From assembly GCA_002633005.1 (NCBI GenBank), contig NMRA01000067.1, forward strand, positions 914,440-978,439: 64,000 nt of DNA, read 5' to 3'. The DNA comes from Phoronis australis. Its lineage: Eukaryota > Animalia > Phoronida. Of this stretch, positions 12,941-25,700 are shown piece after piece. How positions within the stretch are numbered: position 1 is the first letter of the stretch; every line of letters starts with the position of its first letter. The notes beneath the pieces are model-generated. The model searched no databases. It was given only the letters and a program-made list of their open reading frames with translations, and was not told where the DNA came from. The translations under genes were made by a program, and so were the position numbers.

Positions 12941-15900
12941 AAATGAGAAGCTTGCTTATTGGGAACATCCAGGTTTATGGGTACCTTAAATGATAAAATT
13001 TAACACTGTTCTGATGTCTGTTTGTTTAGATTATTACGGTAAACATTCTCCAGTTTGGTACAAGGAAAATTAATTACTTTTTTTTCTGAACAAGGCCAGA
13101 ACTAGAACCAAACTTAAGAAATTCCCACAGACACCTATGTGACAGTCATCAGCCTGTAGGAACCAGGAGCTGGCCAAATTCAAGGCATGTGATAACATAG
13201 ACCAATTAGAAGGTTGGGAAAAAGCGTTGTGTAGCACTGCACAAAGAAATTAGTGGAGCAGTCCGAACTGAGGAAAGGGGGAGGGATTTGAAACAAAGAT
13301 GGGTCCATACGCACGCACAAAAGTTGAACAAGTAAAATACCATATTTGCTAAACAAAAGTTCAAGAATATCAATGACAAAACCTCATTCTCCTCCATGTT
13401 GTGCACTGGGGCATGCTTGAAACTGTTGCATCGGAAGCTATTTTTGACAATTTTATGAACTGCCAAGCCTCTCGAGACTGCATATACAACACAATACATT
13501 TGAGATAAACTCTGAATGCAAAACTATCCCATGTCGCAATCTTCGGAACCAAGGCAATTCAAATTTGGTTTGAATTTCAGTGCACCAAATTTTAGATACT
13601 TTCCAAACTTGAGAGCTTTTTCCCTCCCCTAAAATTCGCAAACTCCCAGGTGTTGGGAAGACAATTATAAAAACTCAATGGGTGGATGAAACAAAACAAA
13701 ACAAAACAAATTGAAGACACATTGCTTTAAACAGTAAATCACCATGGTCACACCTCCGGCTTAGATGCAACAAGCATGTTTTAAGAGAACTCTTAATTGA
13801 GAAATAACAAGAAAATTTGAAACTATTTTTGCGTTGTATAGTAATGGATGGAAGAAGCTATAACTAAGAGTTGAGCCAATACTAAGGGGATGCTTTGTAG
13901 AAAAAATGCAGCAAGACAATTAAATACATGTTTGTGTTGAATATTCATCCAATGGAATGGGTCTATATTTCAGCTTCCGAAAACCCATAGAAAATTAATT
14001 TAGTAATTACAGCATTTACATTTCAGAAATAATAATAATAAACTCATACATTGGCAGGAAGTGTAAGTCATGATTGAGTAGCAACATACGGCCTCCCTCA
14101 GGTCACTGGTCGGTTGGGCGAGACAGTTGGAACCCCGATTAAAAGTGCAAATTTGTGGGTCACGGTTGTTGCTTCGATGTATAAAAACTTCATGTGTGTT
14201 CACAGCTCAAAACTGATTGTAAATCACAGAACACCAGCAGAATGAAAGTAATAAAACAATTAGTAATGCTGCCTCCTGTAACAATGGACAGAGATTCATT
14301 TTCAAAAGCAAGAAAGTGACGCTGAAGGGGAATAACTTTCGCAAAAAACATCACCAAGAAAATTTTGATTAGTAATATTTTGTCAAAAAACAAATTGGAC
14401 ATTTGGGATGTGATCTCGAAGTGTCAAATCCACTCAAAAATCAACTGGAGTCGGGACACTGTCATGACAATGATACAGGCAGACATACCATAAGTCACAA
14501 AACTCAACATAGCAGCTATTACCAACCCTTGCTAGAGCTGATAACCCCTTTGTGAATCAGCCATATGTAAGATTTCCCAATTAGTGGTGACCTGGGACTA
14601 TTTTCAGTGAATAGCCAACTAATGTAAGCTGAAAGCATTGCATGGAGTTCAATATGAAATCTACCAATCTGTTTTCTAGATGCCAGCTGGAAAGCTGTCC
14701 CTCCAAAACTACTGTACAAACCTTCACCCCCCTCCCCCCCTGCAAGTTTAGGAGGCATGCATTGCCTCCACGCCAATTTTTTTAAAAATGCGATCAGGGC
14801 TTATTAAAATATGCAGTGGACTACAGGATAACCAGACAAAAAGGCAGTATGCACACATACATATATATGTGGGAGCAAGTGACTGTGCTCTCAAATATTG
14901 GCTTTTGGTCGGTTGTTTACATAGGCTGGAAAAGGACAAACTTCACACCTCAAGAAACATATTACATTTTCACCAAAATTTGCCCCAGCATAACAGCAAA
15001 TTCTGTAGTTCTGTCTCCTGAATTTTAAATCTCATTTGCTAATCTTCAATTCTCACCTATATTTCTAATGGAGAGCTGATGGCAAGAAATTAAGCTCATG
15101 CACGGTAGCACATATCAATTCTAACAATTTCTTCATACTGTTTGTGATTCTTTGGAAATTCACAAAAGTTCAGTTGTCCATCACTTGAGTACTACTGCAG
15201 TGAAGTACTTTGGGTGAAGGGCTGTCATGCACTTTGCTAGTGTTCCAAAGTATCTAAAAATCAGAAACAGCCAGAAAAAATAACTTGGCCACTGGTTTCC
15301 AGACTTTCATAAAAACACCAGAAATGCAATAAAACATATCCTGCTGACAAGAAAAAACAGGATTGTGCAATAGTAGATTGACACCTGTCACTCAAACACA
15401 GTAGTTCACACAGCACTGCTGGTGAAGGAATTTCAACTTCTTCCATTAGCATTGCAATGTAATCCAACGTGCTGCTTGTGGCAGACATTTCAGCAAATAA
15501 ACAGCACATCGTATATATTTATATTTTACAAAATTCTTCCTTAAATCGCACCACCTCACCCATACCTAGAGACTTGGTATAAGGCCTGAGCAGCAGCGAA
15601 AATTTCTAGATTGCACTTTTTTTTGAAGGAGTTCGAGTTACGGAAATTGAACTTTATTTTCTTCCAAGGTATCACCAAAATTTAAGATGATAAAACTACA
15701 TGCACTGAACCACAACTTTCATGCAGCCAGTAACTTGACAATCAATTGACTCAGGGTTCTGAGTGTACCTTGCCTACCCACATCACAAAAACTTGCCACT
15801 TGAGCCATGGTACACTGAGATGGTACACCTGTGCTACAAGTAAGCACTCTGACTTAGCTCCACCTTTAGTACTAACAACATAAATCTTCATATTCATTGG

Positions 15901-17329
15901 TTAATTTGAACAAGTCATTTAGAACCCATATCCATAATGGAAAATGGTGTAACAAGTTTGGTTTTCAAGCCAAAGCTCCAGGCGACAATACTAAAAACGG
16001 AACCTATTGAAAAATGAAATCATACTTGAAGAAGGAATTGTTTACACCTATGCTGACAGAGGTCTCTGAACATCTAAAGAATGCTCAGGTAAGCCACCAA
16101 TTACCAAATATTGACAGACTGGCAATTGTTTTTATATAAAGCATCAGTATATAAAGAAGGTAACCATAAGCGACTATAAATTACATCATCAAGCCCCCCA
16201 GGTGTGCCATTCTTGATTTTTCTGTCACTCAAATTTCATCAGGGCAAACCTTTCTCGGCATCAAACCAACATTCAACCCTCAAAGTTTGTTATTCTCCTT
16301 GGAAACTAAACTGTTACCAGATTCTCCCCATCACTGCACGTAGTTGTTTTCTCCTCCATGAGCAGCACTTCTGCTGCCTTCGACATTGATCTCTTAATAT
16401 CCAAACTTATACTCCGGAGGTCTCTCTAGCAAATGAAAACCAAACTGTAGAACATTTCCGTTTTCTTGCCTTCAAGAGCTCGGGGACTACACTAACATTA
16501 GTAATAACTCATTAGTAAATTTTCTATGTAATCTAGATGTTGAGAAAATATGATAAGTGTTAATATTGAATTATCAAAAGGTTGGGACAAAGCAGTGATT
16601 AAACACAAGGGACAACAAATTAAAATTCATAGAAAACTTGCACAAAGCTATTTCAATGGAACTAATTATGCAACAAATACCTGAAGTGGATACCAGAGAA
16701 ACAGATTGATGGCGTTACAATACAAGTTGCCTCAGTGTAAAAGTACAGCATGCGCGACAACAAGGATAGTGACCAACTGCTGGGCTGCACAGACAGGCTG
16801 TTAACAAAAAATAAGACGTTTACATGACTCTGTGTGTATGGGTCATTAATTACTGTTCTTTGACTGTAAGGAAGTCATTATTGAATAAACAGGGTATTTG
16901 TGATTAACAGCTTCAAACTAGCTCTTAAAATTCAGGCAGTTCAAAAAAATTCCCATCAAATGCATACAAAAATTTCACATTTCAAATGAAAATTATAGTA
17001 CATGTATCAGGGAAGAGTGAACTTAATATCACACCACCTGGTTAATTACAGCTAGAATTACTTGATTAATATAATGAATTCTCACCAGCCGAAGCCTACA
17101 GTAAAGTTAACTGTTGCCACACAGATAGACAAGTCAGTCGTTACAGTGAGGGCAATGGTTTACTTTGTCATACAAGTATATCTGACACTCTCCAAATGAG
17201 TTAAAACATAAATAAAAGTCAGAAGCAATTAGGACATGAGGACCCATTATGAAACAACTCTGTTCTTCCCCTCGACCATATCCCTTGGAATGTTCTTAAA
17301 GTGGATTCACCCAATTCAGAGTTCTTCAA

Positions 17330-17830
17330 AGGCCCTTTCATATTGACTTAACTCCGGTCTGAGCGGAGTGTCCACGTAAACAGCGCAGTTAACTGGACCA
17401 TTCACACTGGCTTCGGTAGTTAATGAACATCAAAGTAAGCGGTTGGTGCCACTGTCGTCATCGAAGTTATCGCAAGATAGTGTTGCACGCTAAGATTTTT
17501 TTCAATGTTTCAATTTGGAAATATTTACATGTGCTAAGTGACATTAAACTTATTTTTAAATCGATTGGTTATTATTAGAGCAAAATATAAGCAGCTAATA
17601 GTGACGGCACTACTCTGTAACTGTTGACGATTACAGTGGCACCTGGCGATTTCGATTGGACCGGAGTTAAGTGTTCATACTGCACCGCAGCGTCGACGCT
17701 GCGGTCTTAAATCCACCTAACTGCGATGTTAACTGGAGCTGTTAACTGCGATCCAGGACCGGAGTTAAGCGTTCATACTGACCGCAACTCCCCAAACCAT
17801 CGACGCATTGTGGTTAGTATGAAAGGCCCT
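17330..17830. mobile_element. PIF/Harbinger-like MITE (~500 bp)
   Basis: Imperfect TIR AGGCCCTTTCATATTGAC / GTTAGTATGAAAGGCCCT. Internal repeats AACTCCGGTC / GACCGGAGTTAAG. Confidence 0.65.
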
Positions 17831-18681
17831 TTAGACCAGACTCCAATCAGCTAATGTAATACATGCCATAACATATCAGTTTTTTCCGATAAAGTGCTGA
17901 GGGGTGCTTCTTTGGAAATGATGAAAGAAAAGGCTTTTTAGAAGGTCAGGATGTGACTCAGATGATGGTTAGATCACATTCTTCCAAAATGTTTGTCGTT
18001 AACTTTTGTGCAAAGTTGGCAGTTTTAGATTCACAAATGATGCTCAATTTGTTTAAAGGCAACCAAATGACCTGACAAAATTATATCGAGATGGTATCAT
18101 GGTGATAGTTGTACACATTGGCCAGAGTATTTCCAGTCATCATGCAAGATACAGTTCAGCCTCTTCCAAAAATTGCTGACTGTGCTCAGCTGACACAAGT
18201 AATATCTTTGTACCCCTAACAAGGTCAACAGCAACAGTAAATGATCAAAATATCACGTTTGACATGTCCCAACGATTTGTTTCAGTTTCAATCATTACGG
18301 TTTGCACAACAAATGGTTATGATTCTCTTTTGAAATGACTTAACCTTGAACTGTCAGGCCATACTGAAAATTAAATATTTTCAACGGATATCATTCTGTG
18401 CATGCCATGTTCGGAAGGCAGAATTCAATAATTAAATCCTCCCAACAGACCAGCCCCGCAGGCGCTATTACAAGACTCGTAATGACAGGTTGCATGTTAT
18501 AGAGTGCATAAGTCATCAGTGTCCAGTAACAGTAGGTAATGTACGCCAGTATCTATCTTAAAGTTTCCGGAAAAAAACAAAAAACACTCTCAATGAGGGG
18601 GGGGGTTTAGGGAACAAAAAGTGGAAATGCCCTGTACCGCTTACAACGCTTATGGTGACTCCACAACACTTTAGCCATATA

Positions 18682-19422
18682 TAGGGTGTCACAGAAGAAC
18701 AAGTATAAGAAAATGGTTTTATTAGGAATTAGTGGTGTTTTTTTATTCCAGGAATCCCAAAGAAGAATGACAGTTGACTAATCACAAAGAAATGATGAAC
18801 AGATTTTTTTCAGACTCTGCACAGCTGACTCTTCATTACAGCCTTCCCATGTTTCACAGAGCAAACACTCTATACTACATTCTGTATTGGAATTGAACAA
18901 TTTCTACTGTAGTACGCATAGAAAGTTTTTTAAAAACATTTTTGGACACAGACGCATCAATTTTATCTACACCGGAACCATGAAACCCGATGCTCATGAA
19001 ATTGAAATCTGAAATTTGGGTTTAAGTTGTCTCTCTCCAATTACCATGTATAATCGGGCATGAACAACATCACTCTTAAAGGCCGCACAGGATTAAGACT
19101 TTAATCACCAATGCATTCATTACGTCATAAGCAAAATGGTAAATAAATGAACATAGCAACTAAAAAAGCTTTTTTTTAAATGGTCAGTTATTTTCTCACT
19201 GCTTTAGTTTTGTTTTGGTTAAAAGACAAATCCTGCCATCTGGCCTCTCATGGAAGTTTGTAGGCATTTTGAAACACAAAAACTGTTTTAAGAGTCAACT
19301 GGCGCTTTTTCCAACATCTAGGCATTGCAAAACAAACTTTGTGGTTATAGTAAAAAACATTTATTCCAAGTAAAATCACAATCCCAGGACTTATACTTTG
19401 TTAACATTTGTGGGACACCCTG
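18682..19422. mobile_element. Tc1/mariner-like MITE
   Basis: TA|TAGGGTGTCACAGAA ... TTTGTGGGACACCCTG|TA imperfect TIRs with TA flanks. Confidence 0.55.
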
Positions 19423-20450
19423 TATTACCAAGACTCAGTAATTGGAATCAAGGCCCATTCATGAATGTAAATGCCCAGCACCTAATATAATGAACCATTA
19501 ATTCAAAAAATCAAAACTTGGATATCAATCTTAGCTTAACTAACTTCATGGTTCAGCACTACATTGACTTTAATGCAGGGTCTTCAAATGAACAGAAAAG
19601 CTCAATATCCAACTACTGTAGCATTCATAACGAAATTATTGCTTGGCAATTACCATTTTACAATTTTTAGCCAATAAACTACAAACCAATAAATTATGCA
19701 TACTCCCTTAAAAGAAACACCTCCATGCCAATATTGAATATACATTAAGTTTGTAAGATTCAAACTCCCAAAAAGAACCCTTTTGCAGGTAAGTTTGATG
19801 GAAATGCTGCTTTTCTAAGGGAACCTAGTTGTGAAAGTCACCCGTTAGAGTAACACACCCAATTTTTTATGGGAGTACCTAACTGGGCTAGAAATGGTAG
19901 GTCATTCAGGTCTGTTGATTCAGGACATCAAATACACAGGAATTCTGCACTAGAAAAACCCTGAACTGATGTTTTAAAACAGGTGCCATGTTACTGCCAA
20001 GTTATCCTATACCACAAGTTTGCTTAGAACTGAAAACTCAAACATAAACAAAGGATGCTGAATGTCAAACTGTCAGGATTAAGCAGACTGAAATATTATT
20101 TACAGGGGCTGCAGCATACAAACTGAACAGTAGAGCACCATCACTTTCTTGGTTGATCCCAATGCACAAACCCAATTCCAGTTCACCGAACATTGGACAA
20201 ACAACTCTTTAGCACTGCCAAAAATATAAAAGGCACTTTCGCTTGACCAAATTTGTAATTGCGGTTTGCATGTTGACCAAGACTAACAACTCAATGTCTT
20301 TCATGCATAGACATTTTGATCATTGCATTGAACATTTTCTGCACTGTTTGATTATTCCATCATTTCACAACGGCCATTTAATGACATCATGATGGTCACT
20401 ATGCATGTATAAAAAAATCATAGGAAATCATTGTTGTGTTAAACACCCAA

Positions 20451-20521
20451 CATGGGCGGTGCACCATAGGGGGCTGGGGAGGCTAAAGCCCCGCTCATTT
20501 TTCAGTGCTACGCCGGCCATG
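20451..20521. mobile_element. 71-bp mini-MITE, CATGG termini, 5-bp TSD CCCAA
   Basis: CCCAA at 20446-20450 and 20522-20526. TIR CATGGGCGG/CCGGCCATG. Same family as 8987-9059. Confidence 0.8.
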
Positions 20522-22013
20522 CCCAAACAACAACACAGAATGCTGTCCACTGTTCTATTACCATCTAGTGTCAACATGTAGTTCATTAAGTCTCTGCAGA
20601 AATGGCATTTAGAATCAGCTGATTGCTGACTTACATTTGGCACCAAGAGAATGTCGAGGTGGTGAATACATGATGTCATTAAGTAGAACAATCACCAGTG
20701 GCAAAACTAATAAAAGTGGGAAAAAGACAAAATAGCATAAGGTTCATTTAACAGTCGTCGTCAGTTAGGAAATTAGCAGCTTTCACTTGTTTTCCTTACA
20801 AATGAGCTGTGTAGAAGGGAAATTAACATGATTTGTTAATTGAAATTCAACGATGTACGATGTACGTGACGACTTTCAGTCAAGGTTACTCCGGTGGTCA
20901 ATGGGTGAAACTACTACAAAAACACCAAATACATAATCGACTTTTTATACAACTCACGTCATAATCTCTATGACAACTCAGAGCAATAGAGCTACAACAT
21001 GAGCAATTTTTGCAACTGCATTTCTGCAACTTTTCATATACTTCTTGTCCCTTAAAGGCAAAGCTCACTTAAAAAATTCAAAGTTTCGGTTATTTAAAAA
21101 ATAAGAATCTCCACTTCCACCCAAATAAATTTGTTGGACATGACTCCAAACATCAAAAAATGTTTTAGTCATTCATTTTTATAAAAACCTTTTTTTGCTT
21201 TTTCAAAAGGCTCATTTCTCATGCTTTTCCAAAAACACTGCCACAATGTCCTAAACACATCTCATAGTCTTGTTCAAGTCATCAAAAATAACAATCACAA
21301 ACCAATTATACTTTAATGCTTTTTACTGTGTCTTTTGAGACTTAGAAAATACACAATCACTTTTACATGAAAAAATGCCAGAAACTTAGATAACAACCAA
21401 CACACAAATTAGAAATTCACTGACTTGCAGTAGATTTCATATTGTGTGATTTCATTAAAATCAACCAAAGCATAGCGCAGCAATAAACTTCAGTGCATTG
21501 CTACCATCAAGAAGTTATGAACTCACTAAAGACCTAAAACGTTTTATAGTCACTACATAACTGCTTTTGGTCAACTTTCCATTGAAAATAATTTCCAGCT
21601 CCAGTTTTACTGACAGAGGAACAAAACATTCTATAATAAAATAACTGAACTAATGTCTCTGTGTGTATGTGTGTGCAGCAAAAGTTTGAACTTTTTCTTA
21701 AACTTTCAAGGTATCCTACATGACTATTGTTCTCTATGACAAAATCATTTTGTGCAGGGATGAGATAAGAGAGCATATTTGTGATTCAAGCTGATGTGTT
21801 ACCCAGGGTTCTGTATAATCAGCAACCACTCAAGTGTAAGCTGTGAAGAGATAGTGTTAGTTTCAGGGACAGCATCAAAATCACACCTTTGAAATTTCTT
21901 AATTCATTTGATTTTTTCACTCAGTGTAAATGATTCATTAAAGGCTAAAGCTGTATCAAGACGGGCAGGAAAACTGTTCACCTGAATCTAGGACCAATAT
22001 CATTACTCCCAGC

Positions 22014-22504
22014 CAGGCCTTCATCCAGGATTTCGAAAATAGGGTGTCCAAAATGAGGTTCCCAATATTCCAGGGCGTCCATAATTCCGATGCGTAACCC
22101 CCCATCCCCAGTAATCCCCCCAAACACACAGATTTTTTTTACAAAAAAATCCATAGACCAAGGTTTTTCATCTAAGTTTACAAAACAGCCTTCTGTAGTG
22201 AGCATTTTTAATAAAAAATTGGTGTAGACCAAGACTTTTATAATGCTATCAACCAAGTGTGAGCATAGCAACATTGTATATACTTTGTATATACAATGTA
22301 TATTTCTTCCTGCTTTGAAAAAGAGCCCCCACTGTGAGCCTTCAGAGGCTTCCTAGTAATCATTACAATGTGTGTGTCCAAACTTGAAAGGTTCCTATTG
22401 ACAGTGGGCGTCCAAATGATACATTGGGCGTCCTTGCCAGGGCGTCCATATTAGTGCTGGGGCATCCATTTGGACGCCCAGGACGTACGCTGCATGAAGG
22501 CCTG
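22014..22504 (+). mobile_element. hAT-type MITE (491 bp), 8-bp TSD CTCCCAGC
   Basis: TIR CAGGCCTTCATCCAG / CTGCATGAAGGCCTG. Perfect 8-bp TSD at 22006-22013 and 22505-22512. Subterminal GGGCGTCCA repeats. Confidence 0.9.
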
Positions 22505-22564
22505 CTCCCAGCCTGAATGTCTACACAACAACACAAGTATATAATTGTGCTCTTAAAAATAAAT

Positions 22565-22782
22565 GCCCCAGGTTTGTAGCCACACAGGAATTCAGATGTG
22601 GCGCAAGCAACCCAAGAACAAGTTACCCAAGTACAAGTTACTCTACCTCAATAAGGTGAAGTAAGTTGTCACAAGTGTGGGTAAGTTGCACTAGTTTAAA
22701 TAGCACCCACAAAGGCTAACTCCACACCTAGCGAAAACTTGTTCCAGGAGTAACTTGTTCAAGTTTAAGTCTGTGTGTGGAC
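22565..22782 (+). repeat. Short dispersed repeat/MITE with ACAAGTTAC motifs; inverted homologue at ~32905-33070
   Basis: GCCCCAGGTT(T)GT(A/G)GCCA start and GAACAAGTTAC / GTAACTTGTTC motifs are shared with the reverse complement of 32905-33070. Confidence 0.55.
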
Positions 22783-25700
22783 AGTATTTTACTGAACACA
22801 TCCAACTTCATGACAATGACTGATGACTGCTGACGAATGCACCACCCCCATGTGCTATATACTGACAATAGACCCCACAAGCTGCATTGAAGAGCATCTG
22901 CACATTCTTGAATCAGAAGTCAACAATTATATTACAACTAAGGTGGTGGCTCCTGCCAATATTCATTTCCTTGTCTCAATTCACTTTGAATCTGATGCTT
23001 TGCGACTTGTTTTTTGCCTCACTGGTATGTTTTTTTTTCCACTCGTGATGTTTTGAATCATAACCATAGGTTTGGAAGTGTTTGTGTATATTGTAAATAT
23101 AATATTGATTAACGACAAACTGCTTGTTTTCTATTTCTGTTAACTTTGGCCTAAAAATAAATTTGCTGATTGATGCTTCACTCTAGAAATGCATAATGCA
23201 TGATAATTAAAATGGCAAGTTACATAAGTTCTTGCCTGATAAAGCCACTTTAGAGATTAATACGCATTAAGTTTGGCATTCAGCAAAATCTCTACAAGCA
23301 GCACATTAGTATTTGAATAGCAGTCAGTTTAACTTCATGTTGTGAACAATACGCAAAAACCTAGAAGCAGGAAAAGTGTGCATATTATAGGTGCATGGAA
23401 CACCTACTTGCCAAATTTCCTAAAAATCTGTTAGAGGAACATTGAGGCAAATCTTAAAAAAATAAAATTGCCAGTAGGGAACACACCAGTAGTCAGATCC
23501 GTCCGAAAATTTTTTTCATGCCATCTTATCCATAATAGGAACACACCCACAAAATTTCATGAACATACATCAAGGGGTTTTGGAGATAAAGCAGTGGACG
23601 CCACCAGACGGACAGAGATGATGACATATTGCCAACACATAAATACGTGGGCGCGTAAAAATCATCCTGACTATTGGATGGGCAGACGCAATCTTTATGA
23701 TGTAGCTCGGTGCAGACGTCAACGTGGAAATGTGAGTATATTGCCTACGCTTGCTGGATTGAAATGCACAGTTAAAATATGGTCCAGCACACAACACGGA
23801 CGAACCTCGCCTTCCAGCCTCATAGCCCAACACTACAAAGTTTTCTTAAGTAACCCAGATTGCTACATCAACTGAAAGTATACGCGAGAGAAAAACTCTC
23901 AACATATGAAACAAAATATATCTCCTTATCACATGCCAAATGCAGTGGAAGATGATCATAAAAGTTGTTTTTCTGGAAATTGCATTTTACGGGTGTGGCT
24001 GAATACGCACTGTTGATGTAAAGTGAAGTGAGGAAGCTGCTGCTTACAATGACACTACTATGACACTTTAGTGAAGTTTCCTTGGATGCATCAGAAGAGC
24101 AATTACATTATTGTGAAGTTGAACTACATGTATTTACATGTATCAAACACATCGTGATGGTATCCTTCTCTGTGTCTTGAAATTTTCCATCCGCATAAAT
24201 CAGACAAAATAACTGTCAGTCAATATTACCTCAGTGATATTTTTAAAATTTTTGATTTACCTTCAAACAAAAAAATACCAGCTTTTTAAAAAAATTCTAA
24301 ATATTCACAGGTATTTGATCACCCAGATGTTTGGTTGAAAACAAACATCTATTTCACATCCTTCCCTGAGCCATAGACAACAAAAGTGCGCAGTTTTTGA
24401 AAAACTACCCAAGTTAACAAATTTGGTACAAGCTACGACCTTGGGTGAAATAATTATTTTCCACTGTTCCAAACTGGAGTTTTTACCATATTTTTTTGAA
24501 ATATTTCTGGGATTTCGAAATACAAAGGATTAAGCAGTTTATTGAGACCAAGTTAAAAGCTTCATGAGCAGTTTCACAAGGAATTATATTTAACAGACAA
24601 CTACAGAATCATTAACATACTTGTTTGGTAATAGCAAATCCTAATTCACCGTTCTACATGGATGACTACAAACAAACTCCCCAGATGGCAGTGCAGTCTA
24701 GACAACAAGAACTTTACTTATTACAAACCAACAATAATCGATTTCTATCTGCAAACAATTATTTTGCCTGACCATTTATCTGTACGCAAAATGAAGTTTT
24801 GTCGAAAAACAATTGTTTTATCAAGCAATTCATATGATGTTTCCTTATTAGTCTTTAACCGACAAGCTGACAATAGGGTTTTGAGGGTCAGACATAAAGA
24901 CTCTGCAGTTGATTAAATAAAAGTTAAGCAAGGCAACTGAACTAAGTGCACTGTGGGAGTTGTTACAGAGGTGAATAACCTTACTATGAAGAAAATGCGT
25001 CACAAACAAGAAAATAGTGTCCTTGACATTGGGTGTGACTGTTTTCAAGGACACCAAAACTGGAGACACCCAGAGCATTGTTATGAGTCCACCGTGTCCA
25101 TCGCCAACGTTTAAAATATAAGCTGAGCTCATATTTTTTCAAACCATATCCATTCTGTAGTCAGGTCCATCTGAAATATCAACAACAGTTGTGCTTCCCT
25201 GCTTAAGGAAACACAAGTCAAATTTCATGTAGACTTGTGGACAACTGTACATATTGGGCACTGACTATAACAACTAATGCCGTATTAAGGAACGTCACAA
25301 TTTTCAGATTTTCCCAAAAAACCAAACAGGCAGTGCTTTCCTCAATATCAGCACATATGCCGCCAATTTTCATGTAGTTCCATTAACCCAAGTAACGCTT
25401 TGAACTGAGCCACAATAGGTTTGCACAAGAACTTGTCATTGAGAAGTCTTTTTATCAGGAACACTGATTTAAGGTCATTACGGGAGAATTAGAGCAATTT
25501 CACATTAAGCGATGACATCACAGCAATAAACGACTAATTTTAAAAACAAGTTGACATATCGTGGACTAACACTGGTGATAATTCGAACTGTTTGGTTCAT
25601 GAAATTAAATTCCTAGTAAAATAATAAGGTTAGGATAATTTTTATGCCTAGATATGGGATAAAAAATAGCCAAAGTTTTGTTACAGTTTTAGTCATCAGG

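Noticed and set aside
21978-22274. Near-identical short ORFs here and at 37541-37831 suggesting a duplicated gene
   Set aside because: Both are chance frames within two copies of the same hAT MITE.
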